63,759 nt of DNA, taken from Candidatus Parcubacteria bacterium (GTDB lineage Bacteria; Patescibacteriota; Patescibacteriia; Patescibacteriales; UBA12075). A program made the translations under genes and the position numbers. The notes below the pieces were generated by a model. It was given only the letters and a program-made list of their open reading frames with translations, did not search any database and was not told the origin of the DNA. The stretch is from contig JAGLYP010000028.1 of the NCBI GenBank assembly GCA_023132155.1, forward strand, positions 1-63,759. The letters run 5' to 3'. Shown here one piece after another: positions 27,337-36,430 of this stretch (its first letter is position 1; each line of letters begins with the position of its first letter).

Positions 27337-29121
27337 ATGGAAAATATTAGAAATTTTTGCGTAATCGCGCATATTGACCATGGCAAATCAACTTTAGCCG
27401 ACAGAATGCTTGAATTAACTGAAACTATTGATAAAAGAAAAATGAAAAACCAGATATTAGATCAAATGGACATAGAAAGGGAAAGGGGGATTACGATTAA
27501 GCTGCAGCCTGTTACCATGAAATATAACGGTTATATATTGAATTTAATTGATACCCCCGGGCATGTTGACTTTAATTATGAAGTTTCCAGAAGTTTGGCG
27601 GCTGTGGAAGGCGCCATTTTATTGGTGGACGCGACACAGGGAATCCAGGCGCAAACTCTGGCAAATTTATATTTGGCGATAGAGCAAGATTTAACTATAA
27701 TTCCTGTCGCAAATAAGATTGATTTGCCGGCGGCCGACAAGGGCAAAACCGAACGGGAAATTGTTGAGCTTCTGGGATGTGATAAGTCTGAAATTATTTA
27801 CGCTTCCGGCAAAACAGGAGAAGGTGTTAAAGATATACTGGACGCGGTTATTAAGCGCGTTCCCTGTCCTAAAAATCAAAGCGATAAAAATTACGCGCGG
27901 GCGCTTATTTTTGATTCAAATTACGATGAATACAAGGGAGTGGTGGCTTATGCGAGAATGGTTGACGGCAGCATTAAAAAGGGAGACAAAATAAAATTAC
28001 TGGCTACCGGCGCGGAAAGCGAAGCTCTGGATGCGGGAATTTTTAAGCCGGCTTATCATTCAACGGGAGAATTAAAAACAGGTGAGATCGGTTATATTGT
28101 TACCGGGTTTAAAAACGTTAATGAATGCAGGGTTGGCGATACGATTACTTTGTTAAAAAATTTTTCCGATGTTGATTTGCTTAAAGGCTATAACGAAGCT
28201 AAGCCGATGGTTTTTGCCGGGATTTTTCCCAAAGAAGGCAATGAATACGGGGAATTGCGAGAAGCGATTGATCGTTTAAAGTTAAATGACGCGGCCTTGG
28301 TTTATGAGCCGGAACATTCGCATGCTTTAGGCTTTGGTTTTAGATGCGGTTTTCTTGGAATACTTCATTTGGAAATTTTCCAGGAAAGATTAAGGCGGGA
28401 ATTTAATTTGGAACTAATCGTAACACTTCCAAGCGTTGCGTATCAAGTATATTTGAAAAACAACGAAAAATTTATTATGCGTACGCCTCAGCAGTTTCCG
28501 GCACGGGAGAAAATTGAAAAAATTGAAGAACCGTGGGTAACTTTGGATATTATCACCCCGAAAGAATATGTAGGCAATATTATGAGTTTGGCTCAAGAAA
28601 GGCGAGGGGTGTACAAAAATACCGAGTATATTGATGAAACTCGGGCGATTCTGCACTATAATATTCCCATGAGTATGATTTTAACTGATTTTTATGATAA
28701 AATTAAAAGCGTTAGTTCGGGATACGCGTCAATAAACTATGAATTTTCAGATTACAGAGAAGCTAAAGTAATTAAAATGGACATTTTGGTGGCTGAAGAA
28801 AATGTTGAGGCTTTGGCCACGATTGTTTACGAGGACGATGCGTTTAGGCGCGGAAAGGAAATTGTCAGCATTTTAAAGACAAGCATGCCTAAGCAGATGT
28901 TTGTTTTAAAATTGCAGGCGGCAATAGGCGGAAAAGTAATCGCCGGCGAAAGGCTTTCGGCTATGCGCAAAGACGTAACCGCCAAGCTTTACGGAGGAGA
29001 TGTCAGCCGTAAAAAAAAATTACTGGAAAAGCAAAAAAAAGGAAAGAAAAAAATGATGGCCGCCGGCAAGGGAAGCGTGGATATTCCCAGTGAAACTTTT
29101 GTTAAGTTGTTAAAAAAATAG
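27337..29121 (+). CDS. lepA: Elongation factor 4 LepA
   Basis: IRNFCVIAHIDHGKSTLADR, DTPGHVDF, GFRCGFLG, KLYGGDVSRKKKLLEKQK; start taken at MENIR. Confidence 0.97.
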   Translation: MENIRNFCVIAHIDHGKSTLADRMLELTETIDKRKMKNQILDQMDIERERGITIKLQPVTMKYNGYILNLIDTPGHVDFNYEVSRSLAAVEGAILLVDATQGIQAQTLANLYLAIEQDLTIIPVANKIDLPAADKGKTEREIVELLGCDKSEIIYASGKTGEGVKDILDAVIKRVPCPKNQSDKNYARALIFDSNYDEYKGVVAYARMVDGSIKKGDKIKLLATGAESEALDAGIFKPAYHSTGELKTGEIGYIVTGFKNVNECRVGDTITLLKNFSDVDLLKGYNEAKPMVFAGIFPKEGNEYGELREAIDRLKLNDAALVYEPEHSHALGFGFRCGFLGILHLEIFQERLRREFNLELIVTLPSVAYQVYLKNNEKFIMRTPQQFPAREKIEKIEEPWVTLDIITPKEYVGNIMSLAQERRGVYKNTEYIDETRAILHYNIPMSMILTDFYDKIKSVSSGYASINYEFSDYREAKVIKMDILVAEENVEALATIVYEDDAFRRGKEIVSILKTSMPKQMFVLKLQAAIGGKVIAGERLSAMRKDVTAKLYGGDVSRKKKLLEKQKKGKKKMMAAGKGSVDIPSETFVKLLKK

Positions 29122-29126
29122 ACTTT

Positions 29127-29234
29127 TGTCATTGCGAGCGCCAGCGAAGCAATCCCGTGGTTCTTGTATTGCCCGCTGTTAATCCGCACATGATATTCTG
29201 TGGCACGGGATTGCTTCGCAAGCTCGCAATGACA
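29127..29234. repeat. TGTCAT-tagged inverted doublet (REPIN-like)
   Basis: TGTCATTGCGAGCGCCAGCGAAGCAATCCCGTG ... CACGGGATTGCTTCGCAAGCTCGCAATGACA. Confidence 0.9.
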
Positions 29235-29259
29235 AAAATTCGTAATTCGTAGAAATTAT

Positions 29260-29358
29260 ATGAAGAAAAAAACAATCACAAAAATTATTTGGACGATTCT
29301 TAGCGTGATGATTATTTTTACCATGGTTTTGTGGACGATTGGAGTGGCTTTTATGTAG
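29260..29358 (+). CDS. Small single-TM protein (32 aa, DUF4044-like)
   Basis: MKKKTITKIIWTILSVMIIFTMVLWTIGVAFM; manual translation. Confidence 0.6.
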   Translation: MKKKTITKIIWTILSVMIIFTMVLWTIGVAFM

Positions 29359-29430
29359 TCTTGAACTATGATTAAAATGATTAAATGACGGGCTATGATT
29401 TTTTTATTAATAATTATAGCTCAAAGCGAT

Positions 29431-31188
29431 ATGCAAGAAAAAAAATGGCAAATTTTGCCTAAAATTAAAGAAGAAATAATTAGCGAATATTCGGAGTATT
29501 TGCCTTTGGTTTTGCAATTGCTGTATAACCGCGGTATAAAAGGAAAAGAGGAAATAAAATATTTTTTAGAAGGGGATTATGAAAAAAATTCTCATGATCC
29601 TTTTTTATTTCAGGATATGAAACAGGCGGTTGATTTAACGATTGACCATATTAAAAAAGGCAACAAAATAACCATATACGGCGATTATGATGCTGACGGC
29701 GTAACCTCTTCCGCGATTTTGGTTGAGCTTTTCAAGCTGTTTAAGGCTGACACGGATGTTTATATCCCGCATCGCGTAAACGAAGGCTATGGCGTAAATA
29801 GATCGGCGGTTGATTTGATCGCGAAAAATAACACAAAACTGATTATTACGGTTGACACCGGCATAAGAAGCAAAAAAGAAATCGCTTACGCGAGAGAGTC
29901 GGGAATTGATGTTATTGTTACGGATCACCATGTTCCGCCAAATGAATTAAGCGAATATCCCGAATGCCTGATTATCAACCCGGCTATTACCGCGGATAAA
30001 TATCCTGACAATTTTTTGTCAGGCGCAGGAGTGGCGTTTAAATTTGCCAAGGCGCTGATTGACAGCTCAAAGCTCCGCGAAGAAGACAGGCAAAATTTAA
30101 GTTATAGATTCTTGGATTTAGTCGCAATCGGCACGGTCGCGGATTGCGTAAGCTTAACCGGAGAAAATAGAATTTTAGTTAAAAAAGGTTTGGAAATTTT
30201 AAGCAATACAAAGAGAATCGGGCTAACTTCGCTTTATGAAATAGCGAAAATAAACGATAACAATAAAATTGATACATGGAATATCGGTTTTCAGATCGCG
30301 CCCAGATTAAACGCCGCCGGACGGCTTGACCATGCCAATACGGCTTATCAATTATTAATTACCAAGGATATAGATGAAGCAAAAAAGTTAGCCCAAGAAT
30401 TAAATAACAGCAATCAGGAAAGACAGCAAATCACCGATGAAATATTTTTGGAAGTGGAAGAACAAATTAATATTAAAAATGATAATATTTTAATCGGGAT
30501 TTATAATTTAGAGAATAATAAGCCAGAAAAAAAAACGGCTTGGAACGAAGGCGTAGTCGGCTTGGTGGCCGGAAAAATAGCCAATAAATATTTTCGCCCT
30601 TCTTTGGTGATTACCAAAACGGAAAACGGCTATAAAGGTTCAGGCAGAAGCATCCCTTGCTTTAATTTAATTAAAGCGATTGAACAATGCGCGGATTTTT
30701 TAGATAAATACGGCGGGCATCCCCAAGCCTGCGGCTTTAGTTTTTCTGAAAAAAATTTAGATAATTTTGTCAATAAAATCAAAAACCTTGCCAAAAAAGA
30801 AATCACAGAAGGTATGATGAAGCCGATAATTAAAATTGACGCGATTTTGAATTTTGAAAAAATAGACGAAGATTTATATGAAAAAATAAGCGCGCTCGCG
30901 CCTTACGGACAGGGCAATGAACGGCCGGTTTTTTTAAGCGAGAATATAAAAATATTTGATATTATGACAATGGGAATGGAAGGACAGCACATAAAGTTTA
31001 AATTAAAAAATGACAAATCCGGCTTTATAAACGCAATCAGCTTCGGCGGCTCTGAAAGATGGAAAAATTTCGCGATTGGTGATATTATTAATATTGTGTA
31101 TAATTTGGATTTGAATGTTTTTAATGGACGCAGCGAGGTGCAGTTGAAGGTGGTTGATATTAAGAAAGAAAAAAGGGAGCACTTGTAA
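29431..31188 (+). CDS. recJ: ssDNA exonuclease RecJ
   Basis: YGDYDADG, TVDTG, TDHH, GTVAD, PRLNAAGR, GSGRS, YGGH. Confidence 0.97.
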   Translation: MQEKKWQILPKIKEEIISEYSEYLPLVLQLLYNRGIKGKEEIKYFLEGDYEKNSHDPFLFQDMKQAVDLTIDHIKKGNKITIYGDYDADGVTSSAILVELFKLFKADTDVYIPHRVNEGYGVNRSAVDLIAKNNTKLIITVDTGIRSKKEIAYARESGIDVIVTDHHVPPNELSEYPECLIINPAITADKYPDNFLSGAGVAFKFAKALIDSSKLREEDRQNLSYRFLDLVAIGTVADCVSLTGENRILVKKGLEILSNTKRIGLTSLYEIAKINDNNKIDTWNIGFQIAPRLNAAGRLDHANTAYQLLITKDIDEAKKLAQELNNSNQERQQITDEIFLEVEEQINIKNDNILIGIYNLENNKPEKKTAWNEGVVGLVAGKIANKYFRPSLVITKTENGYKGSGRSIPCFNLIKAIEQCADFLDKYGGHPQACGFSFSEKNLDNFVNKIKNLAKKEITEGMMKPIIKIDAILNFEKIDEDLYEKISALAPYGQGNERPVFLSENIKIFDIMTMGMEGQHIKFKLKNDKSGFINAISFGGSERWKNFAIGDIINIVYNLDLNVFNGRSEVQLKVVDIKKEKREHL

Positions 31189-31226
31189 GTACTCCCCGAA
31201 AAAATTGAATTCTTGCTATGGGGCAT

Positions 31227-31391
31227 TTAATTATTATTCCAAAATAATATTCCACCGACTGCGCACATCACCCTATGTGCAAGTCCGATTAGAGAACGTC
31301 CATCATAATCAATCTTCATTAGTTGCTCTCCGCCGCCAATAACAATAACAAGAGCAACCGCCCAAAGTAAAAGCTTTAAATGTTTGTTCAT
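31227..31391 (-). CDS. Small orphan membrane protein (54 aa), possibly frameshifted near 3' end
   Basis: AGGAGG SD before ATG; MNKHLKLLLWAVALVIVIGGGEQL... Confidence 0.5.
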   Translation of the reverse strand: MNKHLKLLLWAVALVIVIGGGEQLMKIDYDGRSLIGLAHRVMCAVGGILFWNNN

Positions 31392-31453
31392 TAGAACCTC
31401 CTTTTTAATGAAATGGTTTGTACGATATTAAAACATAACATAAAATTAAAATA

Positions 31454-31879
31454 ATGTCAAATAAAGCTAAAATAAAACATCAAAAAATTAAAATCTACAC
31501 CGACGGGGGAGCGCGGGGCAATCCCGGGCCGGCCGGAATCGGGGTGGTTGTTTATGACGAAAAAGATGATATTATTGACACCAAATCAGAATACATCGGC
31601 GAGACAACTAATAATCAGGCGGAATATAAAGCGGTTATCGCGGCCTTTGAATTGATTGGTAACTACGAAGTTAACGAAATTAATTTTTTTCTTGACAGTG
31701 AATTGGTGGTAAAACAGCTAAACCGCGAGTATAAAGTAAAAAACAAAGGCTTGTCGCCTTTGTTTGTGAAGGTGTATAACAGCATATTAAAATATAAAAA
31801 AGTTACTTTTACGCATGTGCGCCGGGAATTTAATAAAGAAGCGGACAAATTGGCAAATATTGCTATGGATAATAAATAG
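31454..31879 (+). CDS. rnhA: Ribonuclease HI family (archaeal-like)
   Basis: YTDGGARGNPGPAG, TNNQAEY, DSELVVKQ, NKEADKLAN. Confidence 0.9.
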   Translation: MSNKAKIKHQKIKIYTDGGARGNPGPAGIGVVVYDEKDDIIDTKSEYIGETTNNQAEYKAVIAAFELIGNYEVNEINFFLDSELVVKQLNREYKVKNKGLSPLFVKVYNSILKYKKVTFTHVRREFNKEADKLANIAMDNK

Positions 31880-31908
31880 ACTTACTGCGTAATAAGTCTA
31901 AAAATTCT

Positions 31909-32526
31909 ATGATGGAGCTTGTAAATTTATTAGTTGAATTCAGCCAGGCAATAGGCTACTTTGGCATTATTTTTTTAATGGCGATTGAAAGCTCGTTTAT
32001 TCCTTTTCCATCGGAAGTAATAATACCGCCGGCCGCTTTTTTAGCGGCGCAAGGAGAATTTAATATATTTTTAGTCGTGTTATTTGGAATTCTTGGAAGT
32101 TTGATCGGCGCATTGATTAATTATTATTTGGCTTTAACTTTGGGCAGAAAGGTTGTTTTTTCTTTGGCAGAAACAAAAACGGCAAAGCTTTTTTTGGTTA
32201 CTCCGAAAAAAATTGAGCGCGCGGAAAATTATTTTTTGCGATATGGAAATATTTCAACTTTTATCTGCCGCTTGGTTCCGGCGGTTCGCCAACTAATATC
32301 AATCCCAGCCGGTTTTTCAAAAATGAAAATTAGGAATTTTTTATTTTTTACCTTTCTGGGTTCATCTACATGGATAATCATTTTGGCAATTCTCGGTTAT
32401 GTTTTCGGCGCCAACGAAGAACTTATGCATTATTTTTATAAAAACATAAAAATAATTTGTATTGCTTTGTTTGTTTTGATAGTTTTGTATATTTTTGTTA
32501 AAAAGATTTTGCGTAAAAGAAAATAG
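31909..32526 (+). CDS. DedA family membrane protein
   Basis: ESSFIPFPSE, RLVPAVRQLISIPAG. Confidence 0.92.
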   Translation: MMELVNLLVEFSQAIGYFGIIFLMAIESSFIPFPSEVIIPPAAFLAAQGEFNIFLVVLFGILGSLIGALINYYLALTLGRKVVFSLAETKTAKLFLVTPKKIERAENYFLRYGNISTFICRLVPAVRQLISIPAGFSKMKIRNFLFFTFLGSSTWIIILAILGYVFGANEELMHYFYKNIKIICIALFVLIVLYIFVKKILRKRK

Positions 32527-32555
32527 GCAATCAAGATTTTTTTGACTGCCTATTT
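32521..32555. terminator. Bidirectional terminator-like hairpin
   Basis: AAATAGGCAATCAA / TTGACTGCCTATTT between convergent genes. Confidence 0.65.
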
Positions 32556-32567
32556 AAATGTGTATTA

Positions 32568-32840
32568 CTATTTAAACAGCTTCTTCATTTTAATTTCGAA
32601 TAAATCCGCATCTCTGTAAGTCCCTAGATGTTCAAGATTTTCTATATCCGCGGGGTAACTCTCACCTACGGTTGTTGAAAGAAAATTTCTAGTTTCCATT
32701 TCCGTGATACCGGTGTCAATAAGTACATGTAAATGCGGCCGACGATCAAACGGTGCGTGAACTTTTAAAACATCTGATTTTTTAGGCATATCAATGGAAA
32801 AAAAATTTACGCCAATTCTGTATTCTTTAATAGTAATCAT
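32568..32840 (-). CDS. Orphan hypothetical protein with own promoter and SD
   Basis: 90-aa ORF; AGGAG SD; TTGACA-16 nt-TATAGT upstream. Confidence 0.65.
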   Translation of the reverse strand: MITIKEYRIGVNFFSIDMPKKSDVLKVHAPFDRRPHLHVLIDTGITEMETRNFLSTTVGESYPADIENLEHLGTYRDADLFEIKMKKLFK

Positions 32841-33021
32841 TTTTTTATCTCCTATTTTTTGTTAAAGGTTCTAAATTTCAATTTAATGTTGATACACAAC
32901 TATAGCACATATTCCAATTATGTCAATAATAAATTACCATTATTTAACCAATATTAGCAAAAAGAAATTAAAAAAACTCTAATACTAGAGTAAATTATAA
33001 ATAATATTAATTTGTTTATTC

Positions 33022-33501
33022 TTAAGCGCGTAAGTTCTGCGTTTTAATATTTTTTGCTTTTTCAATAAATAAAATTCCGTCCAAGTGATCTATTTCATGC
33101 TGGAAAACCCTTGCCATTAAGCCCTTTGGGCTTATTTTTTTTTCTTCTCCGTTCCTGTCGGCATAAACGCAGGTTATTTTCGAATTTCTTTTTACTTTCC
33201 CAAAAACATTAGGCACGGATAAACAGCCCTCTTCTCCCCATTCTTTTGACCATGATCTTTTGATTATTTGAGGGTTGATTATATAAAGCGGTCCTTCCTT
33301 GGAGTTTATTATTGCCAAACGGATATTTTTGCCGATTTGCGGCGCGGCCAAGCCGATTCCGTCTTTTTTTATCATTGTCTCGGCCATATCATCGCATAAA
33401 ATCTGAAATTCTTTTGATTTTATAATTTCTTGCGAGATTTTTTGCGATTTCTTTTTTAAAATATCGTTTGGATAAGTTATTATTTTAAGTAATTTTTGCA
33501 T
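33022..33501 (-). CDS. def: Peptide deformylase
   Basis: GIGLAAPQ, EGCLS, QHEIDHLDG. Confidence 0.97.
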   Translation of the reverse strand: MQKLLKIITYPNDILKKKSQKISQEIIKSKEFQILCDDMAETMIKKDGIGLAAPQIGKNIRLAIINSKEGPLYIINPQIIKRSWSKEWGEEGCLSVPNVFGKVKRNSKITCVYADRNGEEKKISPKGLMARVFQHEIDHLDGILFIEKAKNIKTQNLRA

Positions 33502-33747
33502 ATAATATTAATTTATTTACAAATATATTTTACAGCCTATTTCGTTTTTAGTCAATTTTAAACGATTTGCCTAATAAAAACTTTTTTAAACTGCTCTTTA
33601 CTGGTATAATGTAGATATGTTAACCACCCATGCTATACACTTACATTATTATTAATTGTTTTTTTATTGTTTTAACGAGTGTTTTTTAGCATTTTGATAA
33701 ACGTCCATCCTCTTTGATTTTTTATTTTGATGAGTAATTATTTTTTT

Positions 33748-34288
33748 TGTCATCTTAACAAGCACCTCCTCTTTTGTCATCTCGACGAGCGCAGCGAGGA
33801 GAGATCTATAATACATGAATTATGCAAAAAGACTACAATTTTTACGTCTATGTCGTAAGTAATTTCAAAAGAACTTGTTTTTATATTGGATTTTGTAACG
33901 ATATATTGCGTCGGACAATTGAACACATGTATGGCCTCGGCAGCAGTTACACCAAAAAATACAAAACAAAAGACTTGTTATATTATGAACATTATCAATA
34001 TGTAAATAGCGCAATCTACAGAGAAAAAGAAATAAAAAAATGGCGGAGAGAAAAGAAGTTAGAACTAATAAAAAATAATAACCCAGGGTTAAAAACATTA
34101 AATCAGGAGTTGTTTAATACGCACAGGATAAGCCCAAGAGGCATTCAGGAAATAATAACTATATTAAAAGAGAATTATAGGAATAAGTAATAATATATTA
34201 AAGATCTCTCCTCGCTGCGCTCGTCGAGATGACAAAAAAAGGGGCTCGTCGAGATGACAAAAAAAGGGGAAAGCTCGTCAAAACGACA
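33748..34288. mobile_element. GIY-YIG gene framed by perfect 36-bp inverted repeats plus outer half-copies
   Basis: TTTTGTCATCTCGACGAGCGCAGCGAGGAGAGATCT (33772-33807) and exact reverse complement (34202-34237); 16-nt half-copies at 33748, 34244, 34273. Confidence 0.75.
33822..34190 (+). CDS. Stand-alone GIY-YIG nuclease (YhbQ/UPF0213-like)
   Basis: FYVYVVSN..FYIG..NDILRRTIEH, YTKKY, LLYYE, AIYREKEIKKWRREKK..NP. Confidence 0.9.
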   Translation: MQKDYNFYVYVVSNFKRTCFYIGFCNDILRRTIEHMYGLGSSYTKKYKTKDLLYYEHYQYVNSAIYREKEIKKWRREKKLELIKNNNPGLKTLNQELFNTHRISPRGIQEIITILKENYRNK

Positions 34289-34318
34289 AGGAAACAAGAG
34301 CTAATCAATACGAAATAT

Positions 34319-35350
34319 ATGGAAGAAAAATTAAAAAAAGTTAAAGCCTTATGGGAGAGGTTAAAAGTTAGCGGGGCGACAAGCAAGGAATTGTGTGAAT
34401 TAATTAAAAATGTTCCTGAATTAAGGAATGAGGTTTGGCGGGAATTGAAAAAGAATAATCCCACCAACGAGGATTTGCGTTTTTTAATTGAATTTGTTGA
34501 TGGTGATTTACAAAAAGAATTTTGGGAAGAATTGAAAAAAAATAAAATTTCAAATTTTGAATTAAAAAATATTATTGAATATGTTGAACCGTTTAGAAAA
34601 GAAGCTTGGAAAAAACTTTTAAAACAAAAACCGACTAATTTTGAATTGCGCGATATTGCGCGATATGTCGAGCCATTAAGGCATGACGCGTGGAAAAAAT
34701 TGGCAAAACAAAAGCCGACTGAAAATGATCTGATATATATAATTAAATTTGTTGAATCATTAAGGAAAGACGCTTGGAAAAAACTGGCGAAAATGAATCC
34801 GGATACTGATAATTTATTATATATAATTAAATATGTTAAAGAACTTAGGGAGGATGCATGGAAATTAACGCTTAAATTAAGGCAATCAAATGATATAATA
34901 AGAAAAATAATAACCAAAGTGCCTGATTTCAGGGAGCGCGCGTGGGAAACGCTTTTGGCGCAAAATCCAAGCAACAGTGATTTATGCTTTATAATAAAAG
35001 ACGTTGAATCGCTGCGCGAACAGGCATGGAAAGAATTTTGCAAAAAGAATCCTTCTAACGAGGATTTGCGTTTTATATTGAAGCATGTTAAAGAATTAAG
35101 AAGCAGGGCATGGAAAAATTTATTGGAGCGGAAGCCGACAAATAATGATTATTGTTTTATCATAAAAGATGTTGAATCTTTGCGTGTTGAGGCTTGGAAA
35201 AAATTTATAAAAAACAAACCGACAGACGATGAAATTGATTTTATAATCCGCTATATTCCGACTTTAAAAAATTACGCGGAACGATATAAAAAGACTAAAA
35301 ATAATAAAATTTTAGAAGAGATTAAAGATATTTATTTATATGAAAAATGA
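34319..35350 (+). CDS. Alpha-solenoid protein with about ten 30-aa repeats
   Basis: Repeat PxNxDLxFIIKxVExLRxxAWKKL; start MEEKL, upstream ATG 34229 lies in the repeat element. Confidence 0.8.
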   Translation: MEEKLKKVKALWERLKVSGATSKELCELIKNVPELRNEVWRELKKNNPTNEDLRFLIEFVDGDLQKEFWEELKKNKISNFELKNIIEYVEPFRKEAWKKLLKQKPTNFELRDIARYVEPLRHDAWKKLAKQKPTENDLIYIIKFVESLRKDAWKKLAKMNPDTDNLLYIIKYVKELREDAWKLTLKLRQSNDIIRKIITKVPDFRERAWETLLAQNPSNSDLCFIIKDVESLREQAWKEFCKKNPSNEDLRFILKHVKELRSRAWKNLLERKPTNNDYCFIIKDVESLRVEAWKKFIKNKPTDDEIDFIIRYIPTLKNYAERYKKTKNNKILEEIKDIYLYEK

Positions 35351-35603
35351 AAAAATTGAAGGAATAGGGGATATATTAAAAATAAGAAAAACCAAAAAAA
35401 CCCCCGCCTACGAATGGCAGGAGCTGGCATTGCGAGTTATTGAGGAATTAAAAGTCCCAAGTAATAAGCGAAGTTCGGTTTTTAAGGCATGCAAACAGCT
35501 TCCCAAAAATTTTATTTTACAAGCCTTAAACGATACGAAAGAATTATGTAAAACCGGAGATAAGTGGAAATATTTTTTTAAAATATTAACCAGCAAAGAA
35601 TAA
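35340..35603 (+). CDS. Small basic hypothetical protein
   Basis: Overlaps upstream stop; YEWQELAL, WKYFFKI. Confidence 0.7.
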   Translation: MKNEKIEGIGDILKIRKTKKTPAYEWQELALRVIEELKVPSNKRSSVFKACKQLPKNFILQALNDTKELCKTGDKWKYFFKILTSKE

Positions 35604-35606
35604 ATT

Positions 35607-36398
35607 TTAGCTAATTTCAAAATCCATAACCAGATATCCGACTCCAAAAGGCGCTTCATAAGAAAGCGTTTTTGCTTTATAATTAACATTTTTTAATATT
35701 CCTTGCTGGATTAAAAACGGGCGCAAGCCGCATTCTTTAGCTTCATTTATAAATTCCGGATCAAGATTTAAAATTTCATTAATTTTTTTCGCGCTTAGTA
35801 ATTCTATGATTTTTTTATCAAATTTTTTGCCCTTAGGCGAATACCCCGCGGGAGAATCTTTAATTAAACTATGGGAAAGATCGCCTGAAGCAATCACGGC
35901 GATATTTTTATTGCTGACAAAAATTTGAGTTTTAAGCTTTTCACCGAAATTGAAGTGTTCTTCCAGGCTGAGCCCTGAATGACAAATTGGAATTATTTTT
36001 ATATTTTTCAAATTCCCGGTAAGAACATATAACGGAACAGCCGATCCGTGATCTAAAAAATCATCGGTATTAAGCTGAAGCGGAGTATTTGTTTCAAGTT
36101 CCTCTTTGATTTTATATGCCAATTCAATATCCAAGTCCCATGTTTTTTGCGTGGAAAAATCACCGAAATCTTTAAAATTACAGCTTAATTTTGGATTAAA
36201 ATTAATTGTAAAAGAATTCTCGTATGCTTTTCCATGCGGCGAAATAATAATGATCGTATCAATATTTTTTTCGCTTAATTTGTTTTTTAATTTTTCATAC
36301 GAATTTAAAGTCGCTTTCAATTGTTTCAGATGATCTTTTCCGATCGCTGGAATTAAAATCGGCGGATGGGGGACAATGCTCGCGAATACTAGAGGCAT
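35607..36398 (-). CDS. amrB: AmmeMemoRadiSam protein B / MEMO-LigB-like
   Basis: PHPP, ISPH, DHGSAVPL, ASGDLSH, ECG, YEAPFGVGY. Confidence 0.85.
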   Translation of the reverse strand: MPLVFASIVPHPPILIPAIGKDHLKQLKATLNSYEKLKNKLSEKNIDTIIIISPHGKAYENSFTINFNPKLSCNFKDFGDFSTQKTWDLDIELAYKIKEELETNTPLQLNTDDFLDHGSAVPLYVLTGNLKNIKIIPICHSGLSLEEHFNFGEKLKTQIFVSNKNIAVIASGDLSHSLIKDSPAGYSPKGKKFDKKIIELLSAKKINEILNLDPEFINEAKECGLRPFLIQQGILKNVNYKAKTLSYEAPFGVGYLVMDFEIS

Positions 36399-36430
36399 AG
36401 ATTTAGGAATTAAGAATTAAGAATTAGGAA

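Noticed and set aside
34229..34318. Upstream start for the solenoid protein
   Set aside because: ATG comes from the ATGACA end of the repeat; 34319 preferred. Likewise 4929, 27313, 29395 and 42012 extensions were trimmed.
34198..35043. 281-aa minus-strand ORF
   Set aside because: Antisense shadow of the repeat protein; periodic low-information sequence.
34319..35350. Possible DGR template/variable repeat pair
   Set aside because: No reverse transcriptase in window; similarity is between coding repeats without evident adenine-specific mismatches.
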